Of a stretch of DNA of 64,000 nucleotides, positions 50,331 through 64,000 are shown in pieces. The notes under the pieces were generated by a model that was not told where the DNA came from, did no database searches, and was given only the letters and a program-made list of their open reading frames with translations. Origin of the DNA: the human T2T-CHM13v2.0 reference genome, Homo sapiens; assembly GCF_009914755.1 (NCBI RefSeq), contig NC_060926.1, one strand, 5' to 3'. How positions within the stretch are numbered: the first letter of the stretch is position 1; every line of letters starts with the position of its first letter. Position numbers and translations under genes: made by a program.

Positions 50331-53300
50331 AAGGTACTGTCAGCACTCAAATGAGCAAGATGCAATTAAACTAGACATTAGTTTTATTTTTTCTTTGGAA
50401 TAGTGGTGATGTTGATTGCAGCAAATAAGAGTCCTAATTATTTGTTTTCACCTAATATTAAAACAAGTAGTATTCCTAAAAATACAGAGAGGAAGTGTCT
50501 AAGTCGTTAAGAGGTTAAAGCATAAACTACTCAAATTGACCAGTGATCACATCTCAGTTACGCTGGTTATTGGTGTGAGACCTGCAACAAGATACCTCTT
50601 TTCTCTCAACCTCAGTTCCCTGATTTGTTAAATGGGAATTAATCATGGCAGCTACCTTATAAAGCTGTTTGTTATTTAGATGAGATAATGCACAGGAAGC
50701 TGTTGACAGAGCGCCTGGCTCAGATTAAGTACTAAGTATTAGCTATTATTATTTTATTAAGACTGAATAGAGGTGTCTAGGATAATGCTTGTCACCAGAG
50801 GAAAGCCAGCATAGCGTGGATAATCCAGAAAAGGGGAAAATTGAAAATTAGTAGTGTTGTGTGGAGGAACTGACACTGAATTAGTGTGGTCTTTTTATGC
50901 ATTCGGCCATTGTTTTGTCATTGCTCCTCAATTGTTTCCCTACTGCTGGACGGAAAATTTAGATTGTCTTATTCAGAAAACCAAATGCCTTTCTATTGTC
51001 TTTCCTTATTATTATTATTTTTCAAATTAAGTTGATGTCTCTTTTGTCAGGCAGTTGAAAAATATGTTTTATGAGGATTGTGGGTTTTGTTAGTTCTTAC
51101 CACACTGCCACGCCACACTCAGTTTGAGAAATACACACACGACAACTCCAGACTCATTTCAGAAATATTTTTATCCATGTTTACCTCTGCAGCTGGTGCA
51201 GATCTCAGGTGTGCAAGAAATATTTCTTTAAAAAAAAAAAAACCAAAAACAAAATGCTGTTTTATTTGTATTTTAAGACATTTCTGCCTAAGTCATCTGG
51301 GTAGCTCAGAAATCTCTGTTCACTGCCTGGGATAGGTTTATGCAATTTTAAATGTTACATAAATGAATGAAATAAGAAGGTGAACATAGTCATTTTTTAA
51401 AAATAGCATTATTATTTTTATGAAAAATAAATAGAATGCTTTGGATTCATAAAAAGGCTATATTTGCAAAGTACTTAACTGGGTATGACATTGGGGAAAA
51501 ATGTTTAACATTGATGATAATTCTGCTCTCAGATTTGAAACTGCCTTCAGATTTTTGTTCTGCTTTAGAGGAACAAAAATGGAAACTCGGGTGAATTACG
51601 ATGTTGTTTGTGAAAAGACATGTCTCGAAACTCTAGCTAATCTGTCCAAAAAAAAAAAAAAAAGCAACAGTCCCCATACTAAAAATACCAATGAAACAAA
51701 AAAGCCCCATTTGATCTTAAACATATATACATTTAGAAGTTTTAAGTTAAATATTAAGGTTATGTGTGCATTTAAAAAATTATCTTACTGATTGACTTTA
51801 AGAAGTTAACCCACCAACTACTGGTTCTTGTCTTGACAGGGCTTTTATCTACACTGACAAAATGAAATACTATGCAATCATTAAACATTCTATTTTATTT
51901 TACTCTATTTTCTCCTATTTTATGATAGCATTTTATAATGGTATATGAAGGTGCTCATTATATGTGGTTCAGTGAGAGAGGGTGGCTATAGAATAGAATG
52001 TACTGTACCTTCCCATTTTTGTAAAAATATGTTTAGAACAAAGACGAATACGATACATGTTAATGGTGGGTAGATTATGGCTGATTTTTATGCTCTTTAT
52101 TTTTATAATTGTACTATTATAAATGCTTTACTTTTGTAATAAAAATTAATAAAAGTCATTTTTTAAAGAAAAATTAAATGTGTATTTTCTTATTTTGTAA
52201 GCATACATGACTATGCTTTAAGGGATACTGACTCTTAACTTGGAGATTTCGGGAATTAAGTAATTCTCCAGTATTTTAGGAAATGGTGCTGAGTAGTTAA
52301 TAGTTATATCCCTTACGCTTTGAAAAGCTCCTTTGAGTAGGAGAGAATCATTTTTCCAGAATTTTCTTAAAGCACCCTCAAGAATACCTCTTTCCAAAAA
52401 AACTTCCACAGTGCCTAAAGATACGGTCTAAATTCTTTAGTATGCTTTTGAATACTACCATGTCAAAATCCAATCTACTTGCCCTGGTTTATTGCCCCTT
52501 AAATTCTCAAATGAAACCTTAGATTCAGCTGAATTTATTAATTTACTATCTCCAAATGTACTTTGTATTTTCTTACTTTCGTACCTTTGCTTGTTGTATC
52601 ATTTCCCAACCTTTGAGTGAGTAAATCCTACCCATTTTCCAGTATCTGGTTAAAAAACCGTATCCACAGTGGCATCCCTCGCCGCTCTAGCTAAAACTGA
52701 ACTTTGCGTTGAACTCATTAGCATTTATTATTTTTGCTGAGGCATTTCTTAGGCAGCACCTCATTCTTTGGCTTTAATTTCCCAATTTCATTTTAAATTT
52801 TTTGAGGGTAAGAAAACTTGTCTCATATTTGTCTCTATCCCTTAAAGTTTCTAGCATGGAACTCTGTGCTGAGTGGGTGCTTAATAGTTATTCTTTGATT
52901 ATACCGTGGTGTCACTGGCTCTCTTGAGCCTATGTGTTGGAATTTTTTCTTAACCAGTGATCCTGGATAAGGAGCAGCACTTTGCCTACAACAATGCGGA
53001 GGAATAAAAAACATGCTTCTGCTTAATAGTGTATTGATATAGATAGGTGTTAAAAGAATTGACAGTATTTTTCATTAAAGCTAACGTGGTACCTGAGCCT
53101 CGGGAAGTTTCTCATGAAGCTCATTTTGGGTTTGACAGCATTTTTGCTCTCAACTTTACCAGAGGCACAATTGAGCCTTATAGTCTTTTACAGCTACTGT
53201 TCCAGGAACCTAGAGACCTGCAGTGTTTGATGGTGGGTTAGATGGGCCATCACAGTCACTGCGCCAGAACTTTAGGAGGTCATGTGTGAGATTCAGTGAG

Positions 53301-53457
53301 TCATAGTATGTAAAGTGCTTTGTACTCCAAAGTTAATATTTTTTCTTATATTATTGGAAACATGTCACCGTTCACAATATATCTGGATGTATTTATTTGG
53401 TCAATGGTAGACACTTATGGGACCTCTTCTAAAAAATGATTTTATTTTAATTTACAG

Positions 53458-53510
53458 ATACTTGCCAGAACTAATACAGCTGATGAAATACCTGACCTTT
53501 TCTGCTCCAG
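53458..53510 (+). other. ZDBF2: ZDBF2 non-coding exon 2 (53 nt)
   Basis: Acceptor TTTTAATTTACAG ending 53457 and donor CAG|GTAAAT at 53511, in unique sequence between exon 1 and the ATG exon. Confidence 0.7.
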
Positions 53511-53656
53511 GTAAATAATTTTTTACTTTATAAAAATATCAGGTTCTAGGAGAATTCAGAGTTTGTATAAAAATACCTATTTAGGCATGCAAAGTAATAT
53601 AAATCCAGACCCTAAAGAAATGATCCCTTTAATAAATAAGTTTTATTAGTTTATAA

Positions 53657-54070
<414 letters not shown>

Positions 54071-55718
54071 TGACCACTGGGATTTTGATTTGCTAAGTTT
54101 CTGATGGGGTCCTGGCATGTTAATTTTTAAAAATGCCAACACATGCTTCTGGTTTATTGTAACTCACTGTCATTAAGGCACTAGAGATGACGGAAGTGGC
54201 AGGTGATAATGCCACAGGAGTTAAGGGCCATAGGGTTAAAGACCAAAAATATTTAAGTATTTACATTTTGTGTGTATGTGATATTAGATTAATGGTTTAC
54301 TTTTGTCCTTTATTCAATGAATGTTTTAATTATATTTTCAATCCCCCAAAAGTTTATTTTAGGATTTTTCAAAGTTTACATTTAAGCTCTAGGTTCTCTC
54401 AGCTTGAAATTTGCCTTATGTGTAAGTACAATTTAAAATAAAAGTTTGTTCTGTTTTATTGCTGTAGGTTAATAAGTGAAGTAAATTAGTGGAAAAGAGA
54501 CCAAATTTTAAGTAAGTAATGTCTTACATGTTTTTTGTGTCAGAGGCTGGTTTAATTGATTAATTTTCCTCATAAATGTGAGAAGTCAGAAAATCAATTT
54601 CTCATAATAAGAAGTAATAGGTAAGTAAATATTATGCTAGCATTTTGACTTAATGAAGCTTTTTTCCCCTCATCTTATGGTTTTAAGGCTGTGATTTCAT
54701 TTTTCAGTTATTGATTTTAATGATTAAATTTTTTCCATTGCAGAAATTCTCATAACATGTTATAGAATGATTGTTATATATTTTCCAACAGATAAGAATG
54801 CTTAAATTAATTGAAATACAAAATTATTTGTAATTCTGTTTTCGGCTTAACAAAGCAGCAAATAAACTGCATTAAATTTTTTACTTAAAATAATCATAAA
54901 TTATATGTACATTGTGTCAGTTAATACATTGGTAGGGCATGAAAATTACTGGGGGAATTTTAAAAATTCTGAATCCTAGGCTCACCCTAGCTCTACTAAA
55001 ATTTTGGGTATTCAGCCTGGTTTGGGAACCATGCAGTATGTAATGTTGAAGGATTATACTTTTAGGTGAGTGGAAACTGGAAAACTATTTATTTGTAGAG
55101 AAATCTAAACAGTAATAGGAAAAAAATCCCTCCTATTTATCTGGCTTACATAATTGTCAGAAGAAAAGTGTTTTGTGTTTCAGAGGCTAAATTAGTTGTT
55201 CTGATTTTTAGCAACTGTGTTGGATAAATTATTTAAAAACCTGCCTCTCTATGAGCTGAGCAGAAAATGCCATGTGGTGTCTTTACACTCATGATAACAG
55301 AGAATGAGACGTTGTCAAATAATCTGGGGTTTGATATGGAAACATGATGGGGAAATTAATGAGCTCCATTAGAGTATAGTAAATATACCATAACAATATC
55401 TTAGAAGTAATTGGTCTTCGCAAATTGAATATTGTATTCTTTGTTACTAAATCAATATCTAATATCTCTAATAAGTTATTAGAAAAACTAAATATTCAGT
55501 CATCTAGTCTTCAAACATTGGCAACAAACTGCTCTTTCATAAGATACATAGTTCTTGTCTCTGCTCCAGGTTCACTTATTTATTCAGTGGCTCATGGCAG
55601 CCTTGTATATTTTCCTAATTATTAGAAGTGAATTTCTGTTTTCTGCTAATTATCATAGCCATTTTCCTCATAAGAGTAAGGAATTATGATTTTTACCATT
55701 TTTCTTTTTGTTTTTCAG

Positions 55719-55827
55719 CTTGAGTATTCAAAGACAGTAGCCATCTGACTTCAGTTATTTATTCAAGATGCAGAAAAGACAAGGATATTGCAGTTATTGC
55801 CGTGTGCAGTATAATAACCTGGAACAG
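55719..55827 (+). other. ZDBF2: ZDBF2 exon 3 (5'UTR plus first 20 codons)
   Basis: Long polypyrimidine tract ending TTTTTCAG at 55718; donor GTGAGC at 55828. Confidence 0.9.
55768..55827 (+). CDS. ZDBF2: First coding segment of ZDBF2 (DBF4-type zinc finger protein 2), partial; CDS continues beyond the window
   Basis: ATG at 55768 reads [20 protein letters not shown] (GYC-x2-C start of the DBF zinc finger), recognised as the ZDBF2 N-terminus; ends at phase-0 donor CAG|GTGAGC (55827/55828). Confidence 0.95.
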
Positions 55828-56619
55828 GTGAGCGGTTTCTATTAATATGATAATATCTCAAAGGACCTAGTTGTGACTTTCTCTTACATTTTATTAAATT
55901 AATTTATTTATTCATTGAACAGATCATATTGGGAATCTATTAGTTGGCAGACACTGTTTAAGGTTCTAGGGATATGACCATGAACAAAAACCAAGCCTCT
56001 TTTTTCATGAAGCTTATATTCTAGTATAGTAAGACAGAAGATAAATAATATATAAATTTAGTACATAATGCGTGAGATTGTGATAAATGTTATGAGGAAA
56101 ACAAAATAGGGAAGGGGTAGGGTGGCCAGGTAAGGCCTTTTTAAGGAAGTGACATTGAGTTGAGATTTGGAGTTTGGGTCTCAGGTTTGCATTTATCTGG
56201 GGAAAGATTTTCTAGGTAGAGGGAAGAGACAGAGACCCTGAGGGTACAGAGTGGTTGGCACACTAACGAAGAGCCAGGAGGCCGGTGGCTGCATGGATGT
56301 GGGGAGGTGGGTGAGAAGTAATAGGCAAAGAATTCAGACAAATCAATTCTGTATTTTAGATTCAGGGGGTATATGGGCTTGTTTGTTACATGGGTATATT
56401 GCATACCTGCTGGGGATTGGGCTTCTAGTATACCCATTACCCAAATCGGAGAAGTCGATTCTTTAAGACATTGTAGGCTAAGGTAAGGACTTTGAATTTT
56501 ATTTCAAGTGAGATGGGAGAGCATCTCAAAGTTTGAGCATAGGAGTTAAATCGTCTACTTTGTGTTTTAAAAGGTTCATTCTGGCTGCTGAGGGAAAAAT
56601 AGTTGGTATAGAGATTTAA

Positions 56620-64000
<7,381 letters not shown>

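Noticed and set aside
55499-55570. TCTGCTCCAG|GT resembling the end of exon 2 (possible duplicated exon)
   Set aside because: Only ~11 bp match; weak donor (GTTCAC) and no good acceptor.

Overview
Primate (human-like) genomic DNA, very rich in Alu/L1/LTR elements. The only protein-coding gene is the 5' end of ZDBF2 on the + strand: CpG-island promoter and exon 1 (~48.6-48.86 kb), a 53-nt non-coding exon 2, and exon 3 encoding [20 protein letters not shown]. By recall, the 48 kb upstream is the imprinted GPR1(CMKLR2)-ZDBF2 interval, crossed by the GPR1-AS lncRNA and containing the ZDBF2 somatic DMR. It holds processed pseudogenes of ATP5PO, HMGN1 and 7SK, a decayed ERV1 provirus, and several ERVL LTRs with tRNA-Ser primer-binding sites. 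Two things stand out. (1) An ancient retrocopy at 38295-40169 of a 5'-nucleotidase gene of the NT5EL/CG11883 type, which to my knowledge has no functional copy in humans. It appears to be copied from a MER21-LTR-initiated spliced mRNA, and its poly(A) site may be the 3' end of GPR1-AS. (2) A diverged tandem array of ~55 41-bp units at 24.2-27.4 kb, bracketed by direct repeats and ZFP57-type hexamers and lying in an ERVL leader. Most ORFs in the supplied track are spurious Alu/repeat translations. Repeat subfamily names, pseudogene symbols and locus-level annotations are from recall and need confirmation; repeat boundaries are approximate.
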